Source of the DNA: an uncultured Methanoregulaceae archaeon
Lineage (GTDB): Archaea > Halobacteriota > Methanomicrobia > Methanomicrobiales > Methanospirillaceae
DNA: 64,000 nucleotides
Assembly: GCA_963701095.1 (NCBI GenBank)
Contig: OY969564.1
Span: 2,144,001 to 2,208,000, forward strand
Direction: 5' to 3'
The notes beneath the pieces were generated by a model. The model ran no database searches and had not been told where the DNA came from. It saw only the letters and a list, made by a program, of their open reading frames with translations. How positions within the stretch are numbered: the stretch's first letter is position 1; the number at the start of each line of letters is the position of its first letter. The position numbers and the translations under genes were made by a program. Of this stretch, positions 11,629 through 21,543 are shown one piece after another.

Positions 11629-12321
11629 ATGGGATTTGATGATCTTCGCAGTATACTGCTTACCGAACGCGAAACAGGCAAACTGATCCAGATATCACCA
11701 GATATCTTCGATCGAACCCATGTTGAAATTGCAGATCTCCTCAAAAAAGTCTACGCAATCGAGGACCCCCTTTCCGAAGAAGCCCGGGCCCTTATCGAGG
11801 AAACTATTGCAATCAAAGAGACAATGCATGAGCTCTTCGCCATCCGCTCACGTAAGATACTCGCACTTGCGCTTATGCATGCAGAAGGGAATTATTACGA
11901 CCGTGAAGAAGTAAAAAGGATGCTGCCGGCCGAGCACGGGATGTTTGACCGGATTGCTGCCGGACTTCTGGAATGCCAGAATATCCTTCTTCACAATGAA
12001 AAACTACCTCTTGTCTCTGCGCCATCAACAACATCTTCAGAAATCGAGATAAATGATGAGGAAGAGGAATTGAATGAGGAGGAAAATCTGCCTGAAACAG
12101 GAAGGCAAGTGCCCCTGGCTCCTTTCTCTGCAGCTACTCAAACCCTTTCTCCCCCTTATATGCTCGTACGGGTAATCGAGGGGATTGATACCTTCATGGG
12201 GGTCGATGGGAGGAACTACTCTCTTACAAAAGGCGATATTGCAACGCTCCCCGAAAGAAATGCATCTGTTCTTAGCGACAGGAACCTTGTAATTCCTATT
12301 ATTCTCCAGTCGGGCAAGTGA
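11629..12321 (+). CDS. GINS (Gins15/51-like) replication protein
   Basis: Helical A domain with R..KI, acidic linker, C-terminal B domain (FMGVDGRNY.L.KGDIATLP..NA); conserved position after priS. Confidence 0.75.
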   Translation: MGFDDLRSILLTERETGKLIQISPDIFDRTHVEIADLLKKVYAIEDPLSEEARALIEETIAIKETMHELFAIRSRKILALALMHAEGNYYDREEVKRMLPAEHGMFDRIAAGLLECQNILLHNEKLPLVSAPSTTSSEIEINDEEEELNEEENLPETGRQVPLAPFSAATQTLSPPYMLVRVIEGIDTFMGVDGRNYSLTKGDIATLPERNASVLSDRNLVIPIILQSGK

Positions 12322-12559
12322 CCGGGATTATTTTAGGATAATGTAGAAATGTGGCAAACCGATCAGGATCAGATATACGGATAATCTAACCTAATCTTTT
12401 TAACATTCAGGTGCGAAAACCTTAACACTCTTCGCCACGATGAGGATCGAATTAGGACAGGACGTGAATGTCCTGTTTTGTGGGTGAACCCATATCTTAA
12501 ATATGAACCTTAGTAAATAATACTGGGATTCAATAATCAGTATAATCGGTGAAACCATC

Positions 12560-12838
12560 ATGAAAATGCCAGTGAAATTCAAGACATATTGTCCTTTCTG
12601 CAGAAATCACCAGACCCATGAAGTGGAAAAGGTCAAGAAGAGTAAGACGACCGGCCTCCACTGGATTGATCGTCAGAAAGGACGCAGAGGTAAAGTAGGT
12701 AACATGGGCAAGTTCTCGAAAGTCCCTGGAGGCGACAAGCCCACTAAGAAGATCAATGTCAGGTACCGTTGTACCGTTTGTGGGAAAGCCCACCTGCGTA
12801 AGGGATACCGTGTTGCCAAGTTTGAGTTGACGGAGTGA
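12560..12838 (+). CDS. rpl44e: 50S ribosomal protein L44e
   Basis: [22 protein letters not shown]. Confidence 0.97.
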   Translation: MKMPVKFKTYCPFCRNHQTHEVEKVKKSKTTGLHWIDRQKGRRGKVGNMGKFSKVPGGDKPTKKINVRYRCTVCGKAHLRKGYRVAKFELTE

Positions 12839-12843
12839 GAAAT

Positions 12844-13032
12844 ATGGTACGTGAAGCACGAGCGAACCGGAGCAGTTTTTTAAAAGTAAAATGCCCGGAC
12901 TGTGATAATGAGCAGCTTGTCTTTTCAAAGGCAAGCACGATAGTGAAATGTGTTGTCTGTGGACACGATCTCGCGACTCCTGCAGGCGGAAAGGCGAATT
13001 TAAAGGCTGAGATCATATCAGAGTTTAAGTGA
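12844..13032 (+). CDS. rps27e: 30S ribosomal protein S27e
   Basis: FLKVKCPDCDNEQLVF...CVVCG...GGKA. Confidence 0.96.
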   Translation: MVREARANRSSFLKVKCPDCDNEQLVFSKASTIVKCVVCGHDLATPAGGKANLKAEIISEFK

Positions 13033-13039
13033 GCCTCAC

Positions 13040-13828
13040 ATGCTGGATAGAGAGTGGCCCCAAGAATCTGAACTTGTTGTCTGCACCGTAGAAAATGTCA
13101 AAGATTTCGTGGCGTTCGTATCACTAGACGAGTATGGGGGCAGACAGGGGCTCATCCCCATCTCTGAAATTGCAACTGGTTGGATAAAATATATCCGCGA
13201 TCACATACGGGAAGGACAGAAAATTGTCTGTAAAGTCCTCAATGTCGACCGGAATCGAGGTCATATCGACCTCTCTTTAAAGGATGTCAATGAGCACCAG
13301 CGGCGAGAAAAAATCCGCGAGTGGAAAAACGAGTCCAAAGCCCGGAAGTGGATTGGTTTTGTTGCAGAGAAATCCGGCGAACCCGCTACAGCTATAGAAG
13401 ATGCAATTTTCGAGAAATACGGAGAACTGTATGCGGTTTTTGAGGATGTTGTCACAGATAGTGAAGCAACCATCAAAAAGCTTGGGCTCTCCAAAAAGAC
13501 AGGCGAAGCGCTGGTGCATATTGCTCACGAGAGCGTCAAGATACCCAAAGTTGAAGTAACCGGCCAGTTAGAGCTTATGTCCGCCGCACCCGACGGTGTA
13601 ATGGTCATACGTAATGCTTTAAAAAAGGCAAGTGAATCTAAAACTGCCGGCGCAGATATTGAATTATTGTACTTAGGTGCACCCGTTTACCGGATCAAGG
13701 TGACAGCAGCCGATTATAAAAAAGCGGAAAAAGCCCTTGAAAAAGCAGCTAATGCTGCAATTGCTGTCCTTGAAAAGGAAGGTGGCGAAGGGAAACTCAC
13801 AAAAAAACCCAAGTCCGGGAAAAGCTAA
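13040..13828 (+). CDS. eif2a: Translation initiation factor aIF-2 alpha
   Basis: S1 domain (LDEY...GLIPISE, GHIDLSLK), GAPVYRI. Confidence 0.96.
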   Translation: MLDREWPQESELVVCTVENVKDFVAFVSLDEYGGRQGLIPISEIATGWIKYIRDHIREGQKIVCKVLNVDRNRGHIDLSLKDVNEHQRREKIREWKNESKARKWIGFVAEKSGEPATAIEDAIFEKYGELYAVFEDVVTDSEATIKKLGLSKKTGEALVHIAHESVKIPKVEVTGQLELMSAAPDGVMVIRNALKKASESKTAGADIELLYLGAPVYRIKVTAADYKKAEKALEKAANAAIAVLEKEGGEGKLTKKPKSGKS

Positions 13829-13992
13829 TGAGCGGAAGAATCCGTCGCTGCAGTGCAGATAACACCTATACTCTTTCTCTTAATTGTCCGCTATGTGGCA
13901 GGCAGACCTCAACAGCACATCCAGCGAGGTTTTCGATTCAGGATCATTTCGGTAAGTACCGACGGGCAGCAAAAGAAAGGACTGAGAAATGA
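13828..13992 (+). CDS. nop10: Nop10 (H/ACA RNP protein), 54 aa; below the ORF-track cutoff
   Basis: Translated by hand: MSGRIRRCSADNTYTLSLNCPLCGRQTSTAHPARFSIQDHFGKYRR...; overlaps both neighbours; canonical position after aIF2a. Confidence 0.93.
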   Translation: MSGRIRRCSADNTYTLSLNCPLCGRQTSTAHPARFSIQDHFGKYRRAAKERTEK

Positions 13993-14747
13993 TTGACGAC
14001 ATTAGTATCCGATATCTGGATACTTTCACGGACAGGAATCTAACAGATCCGGTCCTAATCGGTGGGCTACCGGGTATAGGTCAGGTGGGAAAACTTGTTG
14101 CCGAGTATATGATTCATATGCTTGGAGCAGAAAAAATTGGGGAAATTCACTCGATCTATCTTCCTCCACAAGTCATTATTGAAGAAAATGGCATTGCCCG
14201 CCTTCCACGAAACGAACTATACCTGTACAAAGCAGAAAACCGTCATGTTGTTTTCCTCGTAGGTGATTTCCAGAGTACCTCAAACGAAGGACACTACCTC
14301 ATGGCCGATGCATATCTCGATATCGCTGTTGAGCTAGGGATAAAACTTATCTATACCCTTGGGGGGTTCGGCGTCGGGCACCTTGTTTATGCACCAAGGG
14401 TTTTTGGTGCTACAAACCGTGAATTTCTCAAGGTCGGCCTAATGGATGCAGGTGTGATATTTGAACGTGATGACCCGGGTGGTGGAATCGTTGGTGCGGC
14501 AGGTCTCCTTATTGGCATGGGAGGTATGCGGAACATTGATGCGGTTTGTCTTATGGGTGAAACAAGTGGTTATGTTGTCGATCCAATGAGCGCTGCAAGC
14601 GTCCTTCTGATTCTTTCAAAACTCATCTCTGTACCTGTTGATCCCACCCAATTGAATGACCGGGCGGCTGAGATGGAAAAAGTCGTGCAGGGTCTTATCG
14701 AAAGTGAGAGGAGCCAGCATGATGAAGAGCTGAGTTATATCGGCTGA
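13989..14747 (+). CDS. Proteasome assembly chaperone (PAC2) family protein
   Basis: GLPGIGQVGKL, TLGG, CLMGETSGY..DP motifs. Confidence 0.9.
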   Translation: MIDDISIRYLDTFTDRNLTDPVLIGGLPGIGQVGKLVAEYMIHMLGAEKIGEIHSIYLPPQVIIEENGIARLPRNELYLYKAENRHVVFLVGDFQSTSNEGHYLMADAYLDIAVELGIKLIYTLGGFGVGHLVYAPRVFGATNREFLKVGLMDAGVIFERDDPGGGIVGAAGLLIGMGGMRNIDAVCLMGETSGYVVDPMSAASVLLILSKLISVPVDPTQLNDRAAEMEKVVQGLIESERSQHDEELSYIG

Positions 14748-14887
14748 GACTATACTGCGCACCTTTCACTTACAATCAGGAATAATACCTGGTTGTAGTC
14801 CTTTTCTTATTAGAATCAGGTTGTTTTATAAGCCTATGCAGTCCTGACTTATATATTGCGCAAATATACTAGTCCCGGTGCATTGGA

Positions 14888-16276
14888 ATGCTCTCCGTAA
14901 TGGTTGTTGATGACGATCCTGCGATTCTGGAGGTTACGCAGCTGGCGCTGGAGCGTGCCCATGAGATTTCTGTCTTTCCGGTCAGCTCTGCCCGAGAGGC
15001 TCTTAGCGTACTCCAGAAAAGCAGCTTCGATGTCATCGTCCTGGATTATGATCTCCCGGAGATCAATGGTATTGAGTTTTTAAAGATCTTGAGGAGTAAA
15101 GGAGATGTCACTCCGGTAATTATTTTCACCGGAGTAGGGCGTGAACATGCGGCGATCGCTGCCCTCAATAATGGTGCCAATTTCTTTTTACAAAAAGGAG
15201 AAAATACGGATATGCCGTTTATCGAGCTGCAACGGATGATCCGGCACGCAGTCGATCAGAGGTTTATGGGAAAGGCAAAGGGTCTGACCAGAAAGATAGT
15301 TTTTGATCTTATCAATTTCTCTCTTGATGCCGAATTTGCAATTGATCCAGATGGAAACGTTCTTGCATGGAACAGGGCTATCGAGCAATTAACCGGTGTT
15401 CCTTCACAAACATTAGCGGATAAAGGAAATTTCGTCTACGCTGAGCCTTTTTTCGGAAAACGCCAGAAAATGCTCATCGATATGGTTTTTTTCTCTGAGG
15501 ATTCCATAAGGAAAGCCCGGTATATGGTAATCAGCAAGGAAAAAAATGGGTCTGTTGTTGCTGTGACCCGTGCACGTAAGCCAGACGGGACAGAATGGAC
15601 TCTCTGGATGAAGGCGACCCCTCTCTTTGATAACCGTGGTGAGTTCGTTGCAGCCGCCTGCATCATCAGGGATGTAACCTCAACATTCAAAGACGTGAGT
15701 ATTGAAGAAGAAGCAACCAATACAATCCATCCCGCTCCTGAATCTACAAAAAGTGAATCTGATGTATCAGGAAGCAGTTTCATTGACAGAATCCTCGGCA
15801 AGGCGATGGTGCAATATAAAGAAGGTGTAAACCTCTACTCGCGAGCACGCAATTATCGTGCAGCAGTCGAAGCATTTGACCGGGCGATTGAGATCGATCC
15901 AAAACTTCCCCATGTGTGGAATGACCGGGGGATTTGTCTCCGGGCATTAGGGGAATATGACGAAGCACTCAAATCATTCTTAAGGGCGGTGGAATTGGCT
16001 CCAGGGAATGCTGAGATATTATACGAACTCGGAGAAACGCTTGAGCAGATGGGGGTTTTGCAAATGAATAATAAGTATCTCGAAGCTGCTGTTGAAACGT
16101 TTAAAATGGTAGTCAATCTGCTGCCCAATAACATGGACTCCTGGAATAAAATTGGCATCTGCTTGAAGGAACTGAGTCGATCAGAAGAGTCGAAATTTTA
16201 TTTTGGCCGGGCCAGAGATATCAAGCTCTGGAAGAAGGATACACCGGTTCCCCGGAAACGCAATGATTTTCTCTAG
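14888..16276 (+). CDS. Response regulator, REC-PAS-TPR
   Basis: VVDDD/DYDLP receiver, PAS (WNRAIEQLTG), TPR repeats (AFDRAIEIDP..WNDRG). Confidence 0.9.
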   Translation: MLSVMVVDDDPAILEVTQLALERAHEISVFPVSSAREALSVLQKSSFDVIVLDYDLPEINGIEFLKILRSKGDVTPVIIFTGVGREHAAIAALNNGANFFLQKGENTDMPFIELQRMIRHAVDQRFMGKAKGLTRKIVFDLINFSLDAEFAIDPDGNVLAWNRAIEQLTGVPSQTLADKGNFVYAEPFFGKRQKMLIDMVFFSEDSIRKARYMVISKEKNGSVVAVTRARKPDGTEWTLWMKATPLFDNRGEFVAAACIIRDVTSTFKDVSIEEEATNTIHPAPESTKSESDVSGSSFIDRILGKAMVQYKEGVNLYSRARNYRAAVEAFDRAIEIDPKLPHVWNDRGICLRALGEYDEALKSFLRAVELAPGNAEILYELGETLEQMGVLQMNNKYLEAAVETFKMVVNLLPNNMDSWNKIGICLKELSRSEESKFYFGRARDIKLWKKDTPVPRKRNDFL

Positions 16277-16360
16277 GGCTCAGAGAAACGGGGGTAATCC
16301 CCGTGGAACTTCATGCGCATTCCTCTTATATGCTTGCATGGCGTAATCTGGGATGTACAC

Positions 16361-17482
16361 ATGCTTGCAAATGCCGATTTGCATATTCACTCTCCTTTCT
16401 CTATGGCTGTATCGCGTGCTATGCATCCGGAAAAACTTCTTAATGCATGTGCCTTAAAGGGCCTGCACGTTCTTGGAACCGGCGATGCCCTGCACCCTGC
16501 CTGGCAGGAGGAATGGAAACCATTTCTTTCGAATTCGCAAGGGATCTGTGTTATTCCAACAGGAGAAATAGAGGATGACCATCGGGTCCATCATCTCATC
16601 CTTGCCGAGGATTTCGGTCAGTTTGATCAGCTCCGCGATCTTCTGTCACAAAATAGCAGAAGTATTGGAACGAACGGTCGACCCCACGTGTTCCTATCCG
16701 GGGAAGCGATAGCCCAAAGAGTACATGAGGTTGGTGCCCTCATTGGCCCGGCCCATGCATTTACACCTTGGACTGCACTTTTTGCGTACCACGATTCAGT
16801 CGCCGGCTGTTACGGGAAAGAATCAATCAATTTCATGGAACTTGGGCTCTCGGCTGATAGTTCGTATGGCGCAGGTATCCCGGATCTTTCTGATGTGCCA
16901 TTCCTCACAAACTCGGATGCTCACAGCCCACTTCCCGAGAAGATCGGTCGCGAGTTTAATAAGATACAGGTTTCCGGCAATCTTACCCCTCGGAATTTAC
17001 TCAATTGCATCAGCGCCGGAACTATTACGATGAACGCCGGTTTTTTCCCTGAAGAAGGAAAGTACAACCGTACCGCCTGCGTCCGCTGCTTTACCCAGTA
17101 TTCTGTCGAAGATGCCGGACGGTATAACTGGCGTTGTCCTGCAGACAATGGCCTCATTAAAAAAGGTGTTTATGACCGCGCTCGTGAGCTGTCTCACGGC
17201 ACTCCCCGACAACGCCCTCCGTATCTTCACCTTATACCACTCGGGCAAATAATCCAGACCATTGAAGGTGTCTCATCCCCCCAGACTAAGAAATGCCGTG
17301 AGATCTATAATGAATTTATAACGACATTCGGAAATGAGATTGATATTCTCATCTCGACTCCTTTATCAGAGATCAGGATGGTCCATAACGGAGTTGCCGA
17401 TGCAATCGCAGCTTTGAGGGAGAACCACGTGATCCTTCATCCTGGCGGTGGAGGAAAATATGGCACATTCTCTCTTTTATAA
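16361..17482 (+). CDS. TIGR00375 PHP-domain protein (endonuclease Q-like)
   Basis: DLHIHS, GTGD, GPAHAFTPW, ELGLSAD, NSDAHS, GKY...C..C and GGGGKYG motifs. Confidence 0.88.
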   Translation: MLANADLHIHSPFSMAVSRAMHPEKLLNACALKGLHVLGTGDALHPAWQEEWKPFLSNSQGICVIPTGEIEDDHRVHHLILAEDFGQFDQLRDLLSQNSRSIGTNGRPHVFLSGEAIAQRVHEVGALIGPAHAFTPWTALFAYHDSVAGCYGKESINFMELGLSADSSYGAGIPDLSDVPFLTNSDAHSPLPEKIGREFNKIQVSGNLTPRNLLNCISAGTITMNAGFFPEEGKYNRTACVRCFTQYSVEDAGRYNWRCPADNGLIKKGVYDRARELSHGTPRQRPPYLHLIPLGQIIQTIEGVSSPQTKKCREIYNEFITTFGNEIDILISTPLSEIRMVHNGVADAIAALRENHVILHPGGGGKYGTFSLL

Positions 17483-17547
17483 AAATTCCAAAAAGTTTTC
17501 GGGAAATGCTGATTATTGAATTTTACTGTAAAAAAAAGAGAAGGTAA

Positions 17548-19023
17548 TTACATATCAAAATAGAGGTGGAACTCCCACGGGTGTGGGCGGAGACGAACAG
17601 CATCAATTTCTTCTCGTTTGTAATCGATCCAGACGTCGATAACATCCTGAGTGAAGACGCCTCCTTCAAGCAGGAACTTGTGGTCTGCTTCAAGAGCATC
17701 AATTGCCTGTTCGAGCGAGCCCGGCACAGTTGGTATTTTCTTTGCTGCCTTGCCCTCAAGCTCATACGTGTTTCCTTCAAACGGCTGGCCTGGATCAATT
17801 TTCTTTTTAACGCCGTCGATACCTGCCATCAGGAGAGCAGAGAACGAGAGGTACGGGTTGCACATTGGGTCAGGAGGACGGAATTCGATCCGCTTCGTTT
17901 TGGGGTTCTCCGAATACATCGGAATACGGACTGCAGCAGACCGGTTCCTTAATGAATAAACGAGATTAACCGGTGCTTCATATCCGGGTACGAGTCGTTT
18001 ATAGGAATTCGTTGATGGAGCACAGAACGCCATGAGCGCGTTTGCGTGCTTGAGGAGCCCACCTATGTAATACTTTGCAGTCTGGCTGATCATGCCGTAA
18101 CCCTTCGCATCAAAGAAGAGGTTCTTCCCACCCTTCCATATTGACTGGTGGGTATGCATTCCGGAACCATTATCTCCAAAGAGAGGCTTTGGCATGAATG
18201 TAGCAACCATACCAAACTGCTGCGCCATATTCTTTACAATATACTTATACATCATGCAATTATCCGCCATTTGAACGAGGGGTCCATATCTCATGTCAAT
18301 CTCGTTCTGGCCTGCAGTCGCAACTTCGTGGTGGTGAACTTCAACCGGAATCCCTGTCTCGATCATCTTGTTGATGATGTGGCTCCGTACATCCTGGAGG
18401 GAGTCATGTGGAGGCACTGGGAAATAGCCTTCTTTGTAGCGGGGTTTATAGCCGAGATTTGGTTGTTCGTCGCGGCCCGAATTCCAGATACCCTCTACCG
18501 AATCAATTGAATAAAATCCCTGGTTAACCGTTTGGGAGTACCTGACATCATCGAAAAGGAAAAACTCGTACTCCGGACCCCAGAAACTTTCTTCCGCAAT
18601 ACCGGATGATTTAAGATACTGCTCTGCTTTCTGGGCAATGTATCGCGGATCCCGTGAATAAGGTTGCTTCGTTAAGGGATCAAAAACGTTACAAATGATT
18701 GATAATGTGGGAACCTCGCACACGGGATCAGCTACTGCCGTGGTTGGATCCAGGTGCAGGATCATATCAGATTCCTGGATCTTCTGGAATCCCCGGATCG
18801 AGGAACCGTCAAACCCAATTCCTTCAGTCCAGATCCCCTCATTCGGATCAGAATCTTTGACAAGTTCCTTTGCTGGTATCGAGAAATGCTGCCAGAGGCC
18901 CGGCAAGTCATTGAACTTGAAATCAACGATCTGGATATTCTTCTTTTTTATAAGTGTGCTAATCGAGCTGATCTGCTCTTTTGTCACATTCGTCGTTCTT
19001 GTGTTCTTGCCCTTTTGAACCAT
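17548..19023 (-). CDS. glnA: Glutamine synthetase type I (beta-like)
   Basis: FDGSS, HHEVA, FMPKP, NGSGMH, KRLVPGYEAP, NRSAAVRIP, IEFR motifs. Confidence 0.97.
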   Translation of the reverse strand: MVQKGKNTRTTNVTKEQISSISTLIKKKNIQIVDFKFNDLPGLWQHFSIPAKELVKDSDPNEGIWTEGIGFDGSSIRGFQKIQESDMILHLDPTTAVADPVCEVPTLSIICNVFDPLTKQPYSRDPRYIAQKAEQYLKSSGIAEESFWGPEYEFFLFDDVRYSQTVNQGFYSIDSVEGIWNSGRDEQPNLGYKPRYKEGYFPVPPHDSLQDVRSHIINKMIETGIPVEVHHHEVATAGQNEIDMRYGPLVQMADNCMMYKYIVKNMAQQFGMVATFMPKPLFGDNGSGMHTHQSIWKGGKNLFFDAKGYGMISQTAKYYIGGLLKHANALMAFCAPSTNSYKRLVPGYEAPVNLVYSLRNRSAAVRIPMYSENPKTKRIEFRPPDPMCNPYLSFSALLMAGIDGVKKKIDPGQPFEGNTYELEGKAAKKIPTVPGSLEQAIDALEADHKFLLEGGVFTQDVIDVWIDYKREEIDAVRLRPHPWEFHLYFDM

Positions 19024-19096
19024 ACAGTCACCTATGTTTTCAAACCAACAGATAAATTTTAGGATCTTTTCTTCTAACCAAAATATCTGCAGGTGA

Positions 19097-19114
19097 TAGG
19101 AAGAGTATTTCCTA
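19097..19114 (-). promoter_or_regulatory. NrpR-type nitrogen operator upstream of glnA
   Basis: TAGGAA-GAGTAT-TTCCTA contains the GGAA-N6-TTCC consensus; it lies just downstream of a minus-strand BRE/TATA (AAAAAATATATAAATAG, about 19121-19137). Confidence 0.8.
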
Positions 19115-19314
19115 GTAAAACTATTTATATATTTTTTATTGTTTTAAGGGAGATGTTTATATTTACAAAATGGAGAAATATTTTTTAATAGATAATATTT
19201 CGAATAACTTCCTTGCTATCTTTGGAATTATTCTTTTTTCTCCTAATGATACTGAATCTAGTCTGTATTGTTTCCGTAAAGATTAATGAAACCGGCCCCC
19301 AACATATTCTCAGA

Positions 19315-19491
19315 ATGCTTAACGTACACCGGGATATCTGCGGGTATTGCGGATGCTGTGTGTCAGTCTGCCCCGAAGGTGCGCTGGAACTGATCGACGC
19401 ATACCTTTCTGTTGAAGAGAATTGTACGAGCTGCGGCATTTGCGCCAAAGTCTGTCCGCTTGGTGCGCTGGAGGTCGTGCATGAGAAGTAA
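19315..19491 (+). CDS. 2x[4Fe-4S] ferredoxin
   Basis: [12 protein letters not shown] and [12 protein letters not shown]; overlaps the downstream reductase start. Confidence 0.92.
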   Translation: MLNVHRDICGYCGCCVSVCPEGALELIDAYLSVEENCTSCGICAKVCPLGALEVVHEK

Positions 19492-20678
19492 ATATGAGGT
19501 TCTGGTTATTGGCGGCGGTCCTGCTGGTGCCTTCAGCTGCCAAGACTGCAGCGGAAAAAGGGCTTTCTGTTTGCCTGATTGAAAAGCGTCCGGCAATTGG
19601 TGCTCCGGTTCGTTGTGCAGAGGGTATAGGAAAGGAGGCTTTGGCAGAATTTATTGATCCGAATCCCTGCTGGATTTCAGCCGAGATGTCCGGTGCAGGA
19701 ATTGTCGCTCCTGATGGTTTCGAGATGACGCTTGCATCCTCTATGGCCGGAGGTAAGGTAGGGTACATTCTCGATCGCAAGGTTTTTGATCGGGAACTGG
19801 TATGGCGGGCGGCAGATGCCGGAGCAGAAGTGTATGTCAAGACTCGTGCATCTGCACCGATTATCCATGACGGCCGTCTTAAAGGTGCACAGGTAGAATG
19901 CTGTGGAAATGTTTCTAAGGTTATGGCCGATGTAATTATTGCGGCAGATGGTGTCGAGTCGAAGTTCGGCAAATGGTGTGGCATCGATACGACGGTGCCT
20001 GTCCGCGAGATAATGAGTTCAGTGCAGTATGTAATGACCGATATTGACATCAACCCCCATGCCACGATTTTCTACCTCGGCAATGAAGTTGCACCTGAAG
20101 GGTACCTCTGGGTTTTTCCTAAAGGAAAACGAGCAGCAAATGTAGGTATCGGCATCTCCGGAAGAAAGAGCGGCAAAGGACACCGGGCAAAGGATTATCT
20201 AGACCGTTTTGTAAAACAAAAATTTCCGCACGGTAAAACTATTGAATGCATCGTAGGTGGGGTTTCTGTCTGCCGGCCGCTTGAATGTACCGTAGCAGAT
20301 AATCTAATGTTTGTCGGTGATGCAGCACGAGTAGTTGATCCACTGACCGGTGGTGGTATCTATAATGCGATGTTCACCGGAAAGCTCGCAGCAGAAGTCG
20401 CAGCAGACTGCATTGCAAAAGGGGATCTGTCAAAGAAAGCGTTGATGGCCTATGATAGGGAGTGGAGAGCGTCCAAGATGGGTAAGAGTATCGAGCGCAA
20501 CTACCATATCAAGGAATACCTGATAAAGCTGCCTGATGAAAAGCTCAACGCAATTATACATTCCGTTTCTGCACTTGACCTGACTGAGTTCTCAACTCTG
20601 ACGTTGATAAAAGAGTTATTGAAGGCCAATCCGAAACTTCTCATTGAACTTGGGGCGCTTGCGGCTTCAATCCGTTAA
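19481..20678 (+). CDS. Digeranylgeranylglycerophospholipid reductase (GGR family), frameshift near 19531
   Basis: [16 protein letters not shown] in one frame, then [35 protein letters not shown] in the next. Confidence 0.9.
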
Positions 20679-20828
20679 TTTTTAGTTTTATGAGGTTTAT
20701 AAGCCAACGCATTGCCTCTCTTTTATTACCTCATATGAAGTAACTACTGGCAATTCTAAAAAAGTGAAATCTCTTTACCCCCCCTAAAAATCAACGCCAT
20801 TTAAAATAATTTGCGTACAACTTTAATT

Positions 20829-21471
20829 GTGATTTGTGGGGTTGACGAAGCCGGAAAAGGTTCTGTGCTGGGTCCTATGGTAATAGCTGCAGTCGGCGTT
20901 AGAACCACCGATATCTTCTCTGTTATTGAGGTTAAGGATTCAAAACAGACTCTCACCACAGGAAAGAGAACGACTTTTTGTTCTTATTAAAAAACAATGC
21001 AGCATAGCGATAGTTGTGATATCAGCCGCGGAAATCGATACAATACGGCGCGAGATGACGATGAATGCCTGTGTTGCCCGAGCTCATGGCGAGGTCATAC
21101 AAAAACTAAAACCCCGTACCGCGTATGTTGATGCCTGCGATGTCAATCCGGTACGATATGCGGAAACAGTAAAGAGTCACCTTAACATAGCGTGTGAGAT
21201 TGTGTCGGAACATCATGCAGACAGTACCTACCCGGTGGTATCTGCAGCAAGCATTATTGCAAAAGTCACCCGTGACCGGGAGATTGAAAAACTCGCAAAA
21301 AAGTACGGTAACATCGGTAGTGGCTACCCCTCCGATCCAAATACCCTTGCATATCTCTCAGCGTATATTGATGAGCACCGTTCCCCTCCTCCCATTGCCA
21401 GAAAAAGCTGGAAAACCGTGAGTGTTATGCTTGCGAAAAAATCCCAGAGCAACCTTTCTGCATTTATGTGA
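20829..21471 (+). CDS. rnhB: Ribonuclease HII, frameshift near 20946
   Basis: GTG start; ICGVDEAGKG.VLGPMV and VKDSK upstream of the shift; VSAASIIAKV.RD and GSGYPSDP downstream. Confidence 0.92.
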
Positions 21472-21543
21472 TTTCTTGCGTTATGGGGTGGTTACATGGC
21501 TCCACCATTGCATTAATGTGGTTGTCCAGTCCATGAAGTACAG

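Noticed and set aside
16269..16304. Twin short hairpins after the REC-PAS-TPR gene
   Set aside because: Six-bp stems with no other support; chance or a simple terminator.
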